Below, in pieces: positions 37,940-51,164 of a DNA stretch of 64,000 nucleotides. The stretch is from Macrostomum hystrix (Eukaryota; Animalia; Platyhelminthes), in assembly GCA_950097015.1 (NCBI GenBank), contig CATNEN010000035.1:1364001-1428000 (forward strand), read 5' to 3'. The translations under genes were made by a program, and so were the position numbers. Numbering within the stretch: position 1 is the first letter of the stretch; every line of letters begins with the position of its first letter. Below the pieces are notes generated by a model that saw nothing but the letters and a program-made list of their open reading frames with translations, ran no database searches and was not told the DNA's origin.

Positions 37940-38680
37940 TTGTCTTAGAGAATCCCAATTAGTCTTAGAGAATCCCAATTAGTCTAGGAGAATCCCAATT
38001 AGTCTTAGAGAATCCCAATTAGTCTTAGAGAATCCCAATTAGTCTAGGAGAATCCCAATTAGTCTAGAAGAATCCCAATTCGTCTAGGAGAATCCCAATT
38101 AGTCTAGAAGAATCCCAATTAGTCTTAGAGAATCCCAATTAGACTAGGAGAATCCCAATTAGTCTAGAAGAATCCCAATTAGTCTTAGAGAATCCCAATT
38201 AGACTAGGAGAATCCCAATTATTCTTAGAGAATCCCAATTAGTCTTAGAGAATCACAATTAACCTAGGAGAATCCCAATTAGTCTTGGGGAATCTCAATT
38301 AGTCTAGAAGAATCCCAATTCGTCTAGGAGAATCCCAATTAGTCTAGAAGAATCCCAATTAGTCTTAGAGAATCCCAATTAGACTAGGAGAATCCCAATT
38401 ATTCTTAGAGAATCCCAATTAGTCTTAGAGAATCACAATTAACCTAGGAGAATCCCAATTAGTCTTGGGGAATCTCAATTATTCTAGGAGAATCCCAATT
38501 AGTCTTAGAGAATCACAATTAACCTAGGAGAATCCCAAATAGTCTCGGAGAATCCCAAATAGTCTCGGAGAATCCCAAATAGTCTCGGAGAATCCCAATT
38601 AGTCTCGGAGAATCCCAATTAGTCTTGGGGAATCTCAATTATTCTAGGAGAATCCCAATTATTCTAGGAGAATCCCAATT
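37940..38680. repeat. 20-bp minisatellite (AGAATCCCAATTAGTCTTAG)
   Basis: Visible tandem units. Confidence 0.95.
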
Positions 38681-39194
38681 AGTCGAGTGGCTCGATATTC
38701 GCTGTTACTTTTGTGCGAATTTCGAGGCCTTTATCTAAAATTGACACCTCAGGAAATGTGTTTAGAATTGAGACACTAATGTTTACTCAGCTAAACAACA
38801 GTCGTGAGTTGAAAGTACTCAGACTGTTCTAGAATATTCCCTGTTTTAAAAACTGTAAGACGAGAAACTGTTTTGCCCATAATTTGTTTGTCAGTGGACT
38901 AGGGTCCTTGCTTGCTGACCCTGGGTAAAACAAAAATGAAAGACAGGCAAGACAAAAGATTTTCCTCGCTGCAAAAAAGCAGTTTAAGTTCCAGTTTCAG
39001 GCTAATATATGCCTTTAATTTCTGTCTGCCTTCGCCATGTCTGTCCATTATCAGAAAGCAGCAGAAGCAATCACATTGTGACACTTTGGACACTCCAGAC
39101 ATTCGCGCGCACAATTGTGTTGCCTTGCACGATCATGGGAGTGTCTAGTCATGTCTGTCAACTGTACCGACGCATTGACTATACTCATAAGTCT

Positions 39195-40160
39195 ACTCAT
39201 GTGTCCACTCTACTCATGTGTCTACTCTACTCGTGTGTCTACTCTACTCATGTGTTTACTCTACTCGTGTGTCTACTCTACTTATGTGTCTACTCTACTC
39301 ATGTGTCTACTCTACTCATGTGTCCACTCTACTCGTGTGTCTACTCTACTTATGTGTCTACTCTACTCATGTGTCTACTCTACTCATCTGTCTACTCTAC
39401 TCATGTGTCTACTATACTCATGTGTCTACTATACTCATCTGTCTACTCTTCTAATGTGTCTACTCTTCTAATGTGTCTACTCTACTCGTGTGTCTACTCT
39501 ACTCATGTGTCTACTCTACTCATCTGTCTACTCTTATAATGTGTCTGCTCCACCCATGTGTCTACTCTACTCATGTGTCTACTCTACTCATCTGTCTACT
39601 CTTATAATGTGTCTGCTCCACCCATGTGTCTACTCTACTCATGTGTCTACTCTACTTTTGTGTTCACTCTACTCATGTGTCTACTCTACTTATGTGTCTA
39701 CTCTACTCATGTGTCTACTCTACTCATGTGTCTGCTCTACTCATCTGTCTACTCTTATAATGTGTCTACTCTACTCATGTGTCTACTCTACTCATGTGTC
39801 TACTCTACTCATGTGTCTACTCTACTCATGTGTCTACTCTACTCATGTGTCTGCTCTACTCATCTGTCTACTCTTATAATGTGTCTACTCTACTCATGTG
39901 TCTACTCTACTCATGTGTCTGCTCTACTCATCTGTCTACTCTTATAATGTGTCTACTCTACTCATGTGTCTACTCTACTCATGTGTCTGCTCTACTCATC
40001 TGTCTACTCTTATAATGTGTCTACTCTACTCATGTGTCTACTCTACTCATGTGTCTACTCTACTCGTGTGTCTACTCTACTCATGTGTCTACTCTACTCA
40101 TGTGTCTACTCTACTCATGTGTCTACTCTACTTATGTGTCTATTCTACTCATGTGTCTAC
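39195..40160. repeat. 17-bp minisatellite (CTACTCATGTGTCTACT)
   Basis: Visible tandem units. Confidence 0.95.
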
Positions 40161-40295
40161 CCATTGTGTCAAAGCTACTCAGTAGACCATTGTGTCAAAG
40201 CTACTCAGTAGACCATTGTGTCAAAGCTACTCAGTAGACCATTGTGTCAAAGCTACTCAGTAGATCATTGTGTCAAAGCTACTCAGTAGACCATT
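40161..40295. repeat. 26-bp repeat x5 (CCATTGTGTCAAAGCTACTCAGTAGA)
   Basis: Visible; directly follows the 17-bp array. Confidence 0.92.
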
Positions 40296-40358
40296 GCATG
40301 TACTCTAGTCCCTTGAGCGCATCTAGCCTGAGGCTGATCAAACTCTCTCTCACCACAG

Positions 40359-40612
40359 TGACTGTGAGCTGCCAGCCGAACCAGATGACCGTGACATTTG
40401 ATCCCGGCTACCCAAGCGTGCCCTACAGCGAGCTGCCAGAACGCCTGCGCGCCAACGCCTCCGCGGCATTCGTTGAAGGCAGTCCCGGAGTGTCCGGCAG
40501 CTCCGGCCGAGCCTGTCGACTCGTTGAATCTGCTGGAAGCGGGCTGTACAAGGTCACCCTGAATGCCAACTCAGACTCCGTCTGCGGTCGGCGAACCATT
40601 GAAGTGATACAA
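40359..40612 (+). CDS. EGF/EB-ZP protein, exon 7/13 (ZP-N start)
   Basis: ccacag|TG; encodes VTVSCQPNQMTVTFDPG...ACRL...YKVTLNANSDSVCG. Donor at 40612, with an in-frame alternative at 40603. Confidence 0.85.
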
Positions 40613-40687
40613 GTGGGTGCCATCAACTATATAGACTAAAGAAGGTTGAGCAGAACTGGTTGAGAACGATCTCAAATCATATTTCAG

Positions 40688-40848
40688 AGCCAAGAAGACA
40701 CTCAGGTTCTCAAAGCCACTCTAGCGGTGCTGTGGAATAAGGATTTCTACTCATTTCCCGACATCATTGTGGCGCTCATGTGCCGGGTGACAGCTCCGGG
40801 GATCAATTCAAAAAAACTGCTGGCGGTGGACACTGTTTCTGAGACCAG
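40688..40848 (+). CDS. EGF/EB-ZP protein, exon 8/13 (ZP-N end)
   Basis: tttcag|AGC ... AG|gt; encodes SQEDTQVLKATLAVLWNKDFYSFPDIIVALMCRV. Confidence 0.8.
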
Positions 40849-40914
40849 GTCTGTGGGCTTTCATTATGGACAGAGTGATTCATTAGAATTCTGGGCTAGT
40901 GGCTAAAGGGTTGA

Positions 40915-41110
40915 TAGATCTGGTCTAGTAGCTGAAGGTTTGATAGATCTGGGCTAGTAGCTGAAGGTTTGATAGATCTGGGCTAGTAGCTGAAGGTTTG
41001 ATAGATCTGGGCTAGTAGCTGAAGGTTTGATAGATCTGGGCTAGTAGCTGAAGGTTTGATAGATCTGGGCTAGTAGCTGAAGGTTTGATAGATCTGGTCT
41101 AGTAGCTGAA
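40915..41110. repeat. 29-bp minisatellite (ATAGATCTGGGCTAGTAGCTGAAGGTTTG)
   Basis: Visible tandem units. Confidence 0.93.
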
Positions 41111-41233
41111 GAACTGAGCGGTCGCACGTTAATATAATCAGTGTTTTGAGCTCTAATTATATATTTTTAATGTCATGACGTGTCATTAGGGCCCTAATTA
41201 AAGACCCTAAGAAAAATTAACGCCTAATTCCAG

Positions 41234-41388
41234 GAATCCGGAGGTCGGAAGTTCGAATCTTCAGCCACCAGCCGGCGTATCCTCGGTGCGCGTGTCTCTA
41301 CACGCCTTGAACACGGAGGGCAGGTCGATGCGCGAGACCCTGGAGGGCGAGTTCATCAGGCTGGACATCCTGTTGGACGATCCTTCAG
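41234..41388 (+). CDS. EGF/EB-ZP protein, exon 9/13 (ZP-C start)
   Basis: ttccag|G ... G|gtgaat; encodes VRVSLHALNTEGRSMRETLEGEFIRLDILLDDPS. Confidence 0.8.
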
Positions 41389-41494
41389 GTGAATATGCGT
41401 CAATTGAACTGGTTCATTACCCACACATCCTGGTTTGCCCCCACTCATTCAGTGAGTCAGTGATACATTGCGGCTGTTGCAATTCGCATTCCAG

Positions 41495-41558
41495 GTGGCT
41501 ACACTCACATGCTGGTGGAACAGTGCACAGTTTCCAGCGAACTCACTTCAGCCTCTAG

Positions 41559-41590
<32 letters not shown>

Positions 41591-41639
41591 CAGCTACAAG
41601 TGGCGGCTTGCAGGTCATCAAACTGATCGACTGTGGCGG
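41495..41639 (+). CDS. EGF/EB-ZP protein, exon 10/13 (ZP-C, poly-Gln loop)
   Basis: ttccag|GT ... GG|gtgaga; encodes GYTHMLVEQCTVSS...Q9...VIKLIDCG. Confidence 0.8.
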
Positions 41640-41849
41640 GTGAGATCAAAGAGCACTAGAATCACTGAGTTTTTATGACGATATCACACATTTTCATTGA
41701 GTGATTTAATCTATTGTAATTTAAAGAGATTAAATATCAGCTAAAATCTAATTCTCTGCTAATCCAATTCTTAAATAGTAATCTACTAAAAACTTCGAGT
41801 AGCTTAGGGAAACCTGAAACCTGTAAAACCTACGGAAGATCCCTTTCTA

Positions 41850-44800
41850 TGAAATCTACTGGAAAATACCCTTCTATGAAATCTACTGAAGATTCAATTC
41901 TTAGAAATCTACTGAAGATCCCATTCTCAAAAATCTACTGAAGATCCGCTTCTTAGAAATATACTGAAGATCCTATTCTTAGAAATCTACTGAAGATTCA
42001 ATTCTTAGAAATATTCTGAAGATCCCATTTTTAGAAATCTACTGAAGATTCAATTCTTAGAAATCTACTGAAGATCCTATTCTTAGAAATCTACTGAAGA
42101 TCCTATTCTTAGAGATCTACTGAAGATCCCATTCTTAGAAATCAACTGAAGATCCTATTCTTAGAGATCTACTGAAGATCCCATTCTTAGAAATCTACTG
42201 AAGATCCCCTTCTTAGAAATCTAATGAAGATAATATTCTTAGAAATCAACTGAAGATCCCATTCTTAGAAATATACTGAAGATCCTATTCTTAGAAATCT
42301 ACTGAAGATTAAATTCTTAGAAATATTCTGAAGATCCCATTTTTAGAAATCTACTGAAGATTCAATTCTTAGAAATCTACTGAAGATCCTATTCTTAGAA
42401 ATCTACTGAAGATCCTATTTTTAGAGATCTTCTGAAGATCCCATTCTTAGAAATCAACTGAAGATCCTATTCTTAGAGATCTATAGAAGATCCCATTCTT
42501 AGAAATCTACTGAAGATCCCCTTCTTAGAAATCTACTAAAGATAATATTCTTAGAAATCTACTGAAGATCCCATTCTTAGAAATCTACTGAAGATCCCAT
42601 TCTATAAAATCTACTGAAGATCCGCTTCTTAGAAATCTACTGAAGATCCCCTTCTTAGAAATCTAATGAAGATAATATTCTTAGAAATCAACTGAAGATC
42701 CCATTCTTAGAAATATACTGAAGATCCTATTCTTAGAAATCTACTGAAGATTCAATTCTTAGAAATATTCTGAAGATCCCATTTTTAGAAATCTACTGAA
42801 GATTCAATTCTTAGAAATCTACTGAAGATCCTATTCTTAGAAATCTACTGAAGATCCTATTTTTAGAGATCTTCTGAAGATCCCATTCTTAGAAATCAAC
42901 TGAAGATCCTATTCTTAGAGATCTATTGAAGATCCCATTCTTAGAAATCTACTGAAGATCCCCTTCTTAGAAATCTACTAAAGATAATATTCTTAGAAAT
43001 CTACTGAAGATCCCATTCTTAGAAATCTACTGAAGATCCCATTCTATAAAATCTACTGAAGATCCGCTTCTTAGAAATCTACTGAAGATCCCATTTTTAG
43101 AAATCTACTGAAGATTCAATTCTTAGAAATCTACTGAAGATCCTATTCTTAGAAATCTACTGAAGATCCCATTCTCAAAAATCTACTGAAGATCCGCTTC
43201 TTAGAAATCAACTGAAGATCCTATTCTTAGAGATCTATTGAAGATCCCATTCTTAGAAATCTACTGAAGATCCCCTTCTTAGAAATCTACTAAAGATAAT
43301 ATTCTTAGAAATCTACTGAAGATCCCATTCTTAGAAATCTACTGAAGATCCCATTCTATAAAATCTACTGAAGATCCGCTTCTTAGAAATCTACTGAAGA
43401 TCCCATTCTTAGAAATCTACTGAAGATCCTATTCTTAGAAATATACTGAAGATCCTATTCTTAGAAATCTACTGAAGATCCGCTTCTTAGAAATCTACTG
43501 AAGATCCTATTCTTAGAAATCTACTGAAGATCCTATTCTTAGAAATCTACTGAAGATCCCAGTCTATGAAATCAACTGAAGATCCCATTCTTAGAAATCT
43601 ACTGAAGATCCCAGTCTATGAAATCAACTGAAGATCCCATTCTTAGAAATCTACTGAAGATCCTATTCTTAGAAATATTCTGAAGATCCCATTTTTAGAA
43701 ATCTACTGAAGATTCAATTCTTAGAAATGTACTGAAGATCCTATTCTTAGAAATCTACTGAAGATCCCAGTCTATGAAATCAACTGAAGATCCCATTCTT
43801 AGAAATCTACTGAAGATCCCATTCTATAAAATCTACTGAAGATCCGCTTCTTAGAAATCTACTGAAGATCCCCTTCTTAGAAATCTAATGAAGATAATAT
43901 TCTTAGAAATCAACTGAAGATCCCATTCTTAGAAATATACTGAAGATCCTATTCTTAGAAATCTACTGAAGATTCAATTCTTAGAAATATTCTGAAGATC
44001 CCATTTTTAGAAATCTACTGAAGATTCAATTCTTAGAAATCTACTGAAGATCCTATTCTTAGAAATCTACTGAAGATCCTATTTTTAGAGATCTTCTGAA
44101 GATCCCATTCTTAGAAATCAACTGAAGATCCTATTCTTAGAGATCTATTGAAGATCCCATTCTTAGAAATCTACTGAAGATCCCCTTCTTAGAAATCTAC
44201 TAAAGATAATATTCTTAGAAATCTACTGAAGATCCCATTCTTAGAAATCTACTGAAGATCCCATTCTATAAAATCTACTGAAGATCCGCTTCTTAGAAAT
44301 CTACTGAAGATCCCATTTTTAGAAATCTACTGAAGATTCAATTCTTAGAAATCTACTGAAGATCCCATTCTCAAAAATCTACTGAAGATCCGCTTCTTAG
44401 AAATCAACTGAAGATCCTATTCTTAGAGATCTATTGAAGATCCCATTCTTAGAAATCTACTGAAGATCCCCTTCTTAGAAATCTACTAAAGATAATATTC
44501 TTAGAAATCTACTGAAGATCCCATTCTTAGAAATCTACTGAAGATCCCATTCTATAAAATCTACTAAAGATCCGCTTCTTAGAAATCTACTGAAGATCCG
44601 CTTCTTAGAAATCTACTGAAGATCCCATTCTTAGAAATCTACTGAAGATCCTATTCTTAGAAATATACTGAAGATCCTATTCTTAGAAATCTACTGAAGA
44701 TCCGCTTCTTAGAAATCTACTGAAGATCCTATTCTTAGAAATCTACTGAAGATCCTATTCTTAGAAATCTACTGAAGATCCCAGTCTATGAAATCAACTG

Positions 44801-45700
44801 AAGATCCCATTCTTAGAAATCTACTGAAGATCCCAGTCTATGAAATCAACTGAAGATCCCATTCTTAGAAATCTACTGAAGATCCTATTCTTAGAAATAT
44901 TCTGAAGATCCCATTTTTAGAAATCTACTGAAGATTCAATTCTTAGAAATATACTGAAGATCCTATTCTTAGAAATCTACTGAAGATCCGCTTCTTAGAA
45001 ATCTACTGAAGATCCTATTCTTAGAAATCTACTGAAGATCCTATTCTTAGAAATCTACTGAAGATCCCAGTCTATGAAATCAACTGAAGATCCCATTCTT
45101 AGAAATCTACTGAAGATCCCAGTCTATGAAATCAACTGAAGATCCCATTCTTAGAAATCTACTGAAGATCCTATTCTTAGAAATATTCTGAAGATCCCAT
45201 TTTTAGAAATCTACTGAAGATTCAATTCTTAGAAATGTACTGAAGATCCTATTCTTAGAAATCTACTGAAGATCCCAGTCTATGAAATCAACTGAAGATC
45301 CCATTCTTAGAAATCTACTGAAGATCCCATTCTTAGAGATCTACTGAAGATCCCATTCTTAGATATCTACTAAAGATAATATTCTTAGAAATCTACTGAA
45401 GATCCCATTCTTAGAAATCTACTGAAGATCCCAGTCTATGAAATCAACTGAAGATCCCATTCTTAGAAATCTACTGAAGATCCCATTCTTAGAGATCTAC
45501 TGAAGATCCCATTCTTAGATATCTACTAAAGATAATATTCTTAGAAATCTACTGAAGATCCCATTCTTAGAAATCTACTGAAGATCCCAGTCTATGAAAT
45601 CAACTGAAGATCCCATTCTATAAAATCTACTGAAGATCCGTTTCTTAGAAATCTAGTGAAGATCCCATTCTTAGAAATCTACTGAAGATCCCATTCTAGA
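41850..45700. repeat. 26-bp minisatellite (TTCTTAGAAATCTACTGAAGATCCCA), ~148 copies, with higher-order blocks
   Basis: Visible; the TAATG variant recurs at 42222, 42664 and 43886. Confidence 0.97.
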
Positions 45701-46459
45701 ATCCTAGAATTTAGACACCAGATTTTGAAACGCAGGATCAAATGAAATGATAAGTACTATTCGATGCACTCACTGGTGTTTGCAAAGTCAGAGTACAGTG
45801 CAAGCTAATGTAGCAGAAAGTTTCGACTCATTTCGTCGCCATCATCGAAATGAGGCATAATGTGAGGCATAATACAACACTGAGCAATGTAACTGGATAT
45901 CTTCCATTAAAGGAATGAAGCTTGCCCCAGACCAGGTCGGACTAGAGGCTCGCCTTACGCTTTGCTCATGCGGCCCAATGACATATAGAGTCTTGCGGGT
46001 ACAGCTGCTGGGGGTGGGCCAGGGGGGACCAGAGTCGAGCGCGGGACCCTCCATTGACTCTCCCACCCCCCAAGGGGCCAGCCGGGGCAGCAGAGTTTGC
46101 ATTAATTAATAATTAATCTCATTTCTCCAGCGGGCGTGGCTCGTTCGCCTCCTTTTTTTATTTCTGCAGCGGCTATTTAGCTACTCTGGTTGGTGATTTG
46201 CTTCAGACTTTTTTTTGCCTAAAAAACCCAAGTTCTTACGGGTAGCTTCTCTGTGAGTCTGAGCACTCCTCATCTCATTTGCCTGCCAAGGTTAGGCTGC
46301 TGGCTCTCTAACTTAACAAAATTAGAACGGTTTTTATAAACTTATACTGTACTCAGAACATGTCGCTTTCAGCAGTTGGGACTGCACTGCCAAATACTTT
46401 GCCTATCGACTTCTAATATAATAATTTGGCCTCTCAACACCTTATCCTAATCATATAGC

Positions 46460-47195
46460 TCTCACTTTAACTCGCTTCCTCTCACTCTAACTCTCTTCCT
46501 ATCACTCTACCTCGCTTCCTCTCACTCTAACTCTCTTTCTCTCACTCTAACTCTCTTCCTATCACTCTACCTCTCTTCCTCTCGCTCTAACTCTCTTCCT
46601 CTCACTCTAACTCTCTTCCTCTCACTCTAACTCTCTTCCTCTCACTCTAACTCTCTTCCTCTCACTCTACCTCGCTTCCTCTCACTCTAACTCTCTTCCT
46701 CTCACTCTACCTCTCTTCCTCTCACTCTACCTCGCTTCCTCTCACTCTACCTCGCTTCCTCTCACTCTAACTCTCTTCCTCTCACTCTACCTCTCTTCCT
46801 CTCACTCTACCTCGCTTCCTCTCACTCTACCTCTCTTCCTCTCACTCTACCTCGCTTCCTCTCACTCTAACTCTCTTCCTCTCACTCTAACTCTCTTCCT
46901 CTCACTCTAACTCTCTTCCTCTCACTCTACCTCGCTTCCTCTCACTCTAACTCTCTTCCTCTCACTCTACCTCTCTTCCTCTCACTCTACCTCGCTTCCT
47001 CTCACTCTACCTCGCTTCCTCTCACTCTAACTCTCTTCCTCTCACTCTACCTCTCTTCCTCTCACTCTACCTCGCTTCCTCTCACTCTACCTCTCTTCCT
47101 CTCACTCTACCTCGCTTCCTCTCACTCTAACTCTCTTCCTCTCACTCTAACTCTCTTCCTCTCACTCTACCTCGCTTCCTCTCACTCTACCTCTC
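46460..47195. repeat. 20-bp minisatellite (CTCTCTTCCTCTCACTCTAA / CTCGCTTCCTCTCACTCTAC)
   Basis: Visible tandem units. Confidence 0.95.
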
Positions 47196-48104
47196 CCCAC
47201 CCTATACTTCCCCCAGGGGCCGGTATAACAGAACAAGCATTTCATGTGGGAAGCCAGTGAAAATTGATGACAATTTGCAGGGGCACAGAACTCGCGCATA
47301 TTATCTTAAAAGTCATGCCATAATTACACGGTTCGTGCAAAAGTATTATTTCTTAGCTAGCTGCGCTGCTCACACAACTAACTCACCTGCGCCCCTGAGT
47401 GTACACACGGCAGGGAAGATTTTTCAAACTGCCCTGGCCTGAGCCCCGCTCAAACAATGGCCTTTGAGTATACGGCCAGGGCGAGATAGCTTGGGCATAA
47501 ATGGAGGCGGGCATAGCCTGGAGATAGCAGACGGGGAAAAGTAAGAATAATCTGATCCTCAAAAGAAGCCGAATTTACCTTTCTAGGCCCGCGTTTGTCT
47601 CCTAGAAGACAGGGGGGACCTGCAGTTAGAGCGGCTTGTCAGAAGTTTGTCAGAGGAAATGAGCCTAAATATACTATCCGTGAGCCTTAAGGCATGGCTG
47701 TGTATAACGAAATATACCTATGATTTGTCCATACGAGGTGAGGTGAGGCTTTGCAGAACGTGTGCAATCGACAAATTGTCGAATGCATAATTTGAGGTCA
47801 ATATCGCTTAACTTAATTTTCTATGTGGTACACGTAAACTTGTACACCTTGAAGCTTAGACAAAGGACCCTCACTTGAAGAAGCACTTTATAATTGTCTT
47901 TTTATTGTCTGAAAAGGTGTAAAGATAGCTCTTGCGCTAGGCCTTATAATTGAGTAACTAGTAACTATACGTTTCATAGACTACCTTGAATGTTACATAA
48001 TCTCGTATGTGTGAGCTAAGGGATAATAGTGATTAGACCTGAAGAAAGGGTTTGAGAATTACGAGGCATAATCGATTTCTGGCCGCTAAAATTGGCCAGA
48101 TCTT

Positions 48105-48320
48105 GAGCATGACCTTGAATGGATGACCTTGAGGTTGACCTTGGAAGAACGACCTTGAGGTTGACATTGGAAGAACGACCTTGGAGTTGACCTTGGAAGA
48201 ACAACCTTGAGGATGCCCTTTTTAATTGGTAGACTTTTAGGATGACCATGGGTGCATGACCTTGAGGATGACCTTGGGTAGAAGACCTTGAGTGTATGAC
48301 CTTTAGAATGACCTTGGGAG
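48105..48320. repeat. Degenerate GACCTTG-core repeat
   Basis: Recurrent GACCTTGAGG/GACCTTGGAAG. Confidence 0.7.
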
Positions 48321-48444
48321 GAAGACCTGTGGTGGAAGACTATCTGGAGTATGAAGTAATTGAAATAGATCTTTGCGGAGCCACATGAAAGAGCGTGAAC
48401 GTTGACTTAAACTCGATCACGGATTTGCTCGCAACACCCGCCAG

Positions 48445-48622
48445 GACGGCTCACGCAGACTCGGGCCTCACCGGTGTCAGCTTCTACTCGACCAGGAGTG
48501 GCGACACGAGCCATCAGCAGACTGGCGGCTTCCCGGCATTCCGTCTGGCCAACCTGCCGTCTCTGTACTTCACCTGCTCTGTGCGGTTGTGCAAGGACGT
48601 CGACTCGAAGTTCTGCCTCAAG
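48445..48622 (+). CDS. EGF/EB-ZP protein, exon 11/13 (ZP-C end)
   Basis: Encodes GFPAFRLANLPSLYFTCSVRLC, the typical ZP-C end motif. Phase-2 acceptor ccgccag|G is inferred; donor AAG|gtgcga. Confidence 0.82.
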
Positions 48623-48727
48623 GTGCGACTTGGCCCCGAGCCAAATTAATTCTGTTGTGCGGATGGACAAACATTTTAAACCTCTTATAATGCTAGATAT
48701 CGGGAGCTGAGTGCCAGAGAGCAGTCT

Positions 48728-49005
48728 AACACGTCTGCCTCTCGCACCAAGGTCCCTGAGCTCGATTCCGCGGCGAGGCCGCATTCATTTAGGGCGCAGC
48801 CGCGGAGAGAAGGTTTTGGGGGCTTGTCGTGCGATTTATGCAGTTGAAGGCCAACATCCAAGGCACAGTGAAGTGTACACTGCCTGACGATGAGGAAGTC
48901 AGGGCAGATGTACACACCTGTGTGAGCGTATGCCTGCGTACAGTATATGTGTGTGTGTGTGCTCAGGAGTCTGCGAAATGGACAGAATTGCCACCTCACT
49001 GTCAA
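48728..49005 (+). mobile_element. SINE family B, copy D (intron 11)
   Basis: Colinear with copies A-C. Confidence 0.83.
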
Positions 49006-49077
49006 ATTATGTGCCCGAAACACCTCACACAATTAGTATTATGCTAAATATCCAAAACGCAAATTCTTTACTTGTAG

Positions 49078-49195
49078 GAAACTGCCTGCAGGGACACCAA
49101 GATGTTTAAACGAAGTCCCAACGACGGCATCAAGCTGGTGGACAGCTGGGTTCACATCGTTGTCACGGCAACAGCCAACAGACGCACCGAGAGAT
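49078..49195 (+). CDS. EGF/EB-ZP protein, exon 12/13 (dibasic cleavage site and hydrophobic patch)
   Basis: ttgtag|GAA ... T|gtgagt; encodes ETACRDTKMFKRSPNDGIKLVDSWVHIVV. Confidence 0.82.
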
Positions 49196-50018
49196 GTGAG
49201 TTCTCAGTCTATAGTGACTGTTATATAGCACATTCTTTACACAAGACGGCATTTTTATAACCATGTCTCTTTGGCACTAGTTCTTTTAAAATTTGTTTTA
49301 GTTTGTTGGCTTATAAACAGTTCTTTGTTGAACTAAGGACCTGTGTTTTACTTGTGCGTTGATAGTCCGTTGTTAAATCGTGTTGGAAGAACATTACGGA
49401 TTCAGGCGGGATTTCATGAAGGAACATAAGTGAAATGGTTTCTTAAATGGAAAATTGTACGTCTACATGCGGACCTAAATTATTTTTGTCAAGGATAGCC
49501 ACTGACAAATTTTAGTAATTTACCTGTCATGCCGCCATGTAATCACTTGAATTGCTTTGCTTTATCGTTAACAGTAGAACTAACAAGGGGGAATTCCCCT
49601 GACCATTTTTTGCTGCACCCGAACGGAGCAAGACGGGGCCAACGTTTTGTTGCGCATCTTCTGAAACAAGAATCAAGTCGCCAGCTCTTCAGACCGTCGA
49701 GATATTCAATAGTTCTGGCCGAAGGTCTGATTTTCCCATAAGCGCTAGCTTACAAGCGTACCTCTAGACACGAATTAGCACTGGGCCTGAGTGCGGCCTT
49801 GCCGGGCCTTCAAAATTTATCAGCATGTCACCCGAATGTGCCTGCATCATCTCCGTCTTCGGTGGTCACCTACTTTTATCTAGACGGACTGCTGATTCAG
49901 CTAATTCAGTTGACCAGCTGTAAAATGTACCAGTATTTATAGATGCTGGTCTTGATTTTACCTTAGTATTGTGCATCCTGGCTAACCGCCTGTCATTTGT
50001 ATTCTTTTTACACCGCAG

Positions 50019-50629
50019 ACACCTGCGAGTACAGCATGTGTCTGAGCACCGGTCAGGTGGTGGTCATCATCCTGATCCTGCTGGTGATGCTGGCCCTCGT
50101 CAGCGGCCTCATTGTGGTTGTCTATCGGCGCAGACTGCTGCTCGCCGCTCACAGACTACGCCTGGAAACCAACAACGATGACGACACGCCAACGCAGACA
50201 CCAGTCGACGCGCATTGCAAGGGCTCTCTGATGCAGCAGCAGCGATACCAGCATCATCAGCAGTACCATCAGTATCATCAGCAGCTGCAGCATGCGGCCT
50301 CCGGTCACTGCTCGCTGCCACGGCGAGCCAGTCCAGGCAGTACTTATCGCGCCGCTGCCGCAGCTGCAGCGGGCTCCGACGTGGCAACTGCCGCAGCGGC
50401 AGTCGACGGAGCGATGAGGGCCTATGCCACGCTGCCAATCATTGATCGACGCAATCCTAAAGACGTTGCTAGCAGTAGGCACTCCGACCATCTGCTGAAT
50501 CAGCATCAGCAGCAGCAGCATCATAGGCTGTGCCAGGCTGCGGCGGCCCTGTTAGACAACAGACCAGACGTGTGCACCTGCGACCGGTCCATTCACAGCT
50601 CTTACTCCATCACCTCATCGCAGGTTTAA
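50019..50629 (+). CDS. EGF/EB-ZP protein, exon 13/13 (TM helix and Q/H/A-rich tail)
   Basis: ccgcag|AC; encodes VVVIILILLVMLALVSGLIVVVYRRR; TAA at 50629. The 13 exons total 2637 nt in frame. Confidence 0.85.
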
Positions 50630-51164
50630 ACGTCACTGACTTTTAGTTTCACCTGTTCTCATGCAATGCATATGCTCGTATACCTATTTGCCGATGATTG
50701 TAATGTACAATTTATGCCTAACTTTCATTCATTCATATTCTTTTGTCGCCTGCAAGTGTTCCTAGAAGATTATATATATAACTGCATGCCCTTAACTATC
50801 GCTTCCCTAGAATTTAGTGTTCCCCCTTGGCTGCCCTCGGCGCAACCGACCTCTGTCGTTGCAAGTTGCTCAGCTAACAAGCGTTTGCAATGCTACGTTA
50901 TGTTTGTAACTAATAGACACCCATTGTCTAGAGAATTAGCATTATTCATGTAGTTAATAGCTACACTTTGTATACTATGTATCAAAGCAATCTCAAGTTT
51001 ACTAGCTTGAAGGAATCCTTGCGTACCCGTTAAGTCACATTGTAACGTGATAACATAATGCCGAAAGCTTTACTCCCATGAAATATATGCCTCATTACGG
51101 CGAAACCTCATCGACTCCTGAAGTCTCATTCTCATCGAAGCCGCCAGGTATGCCCGCTCCCTAG

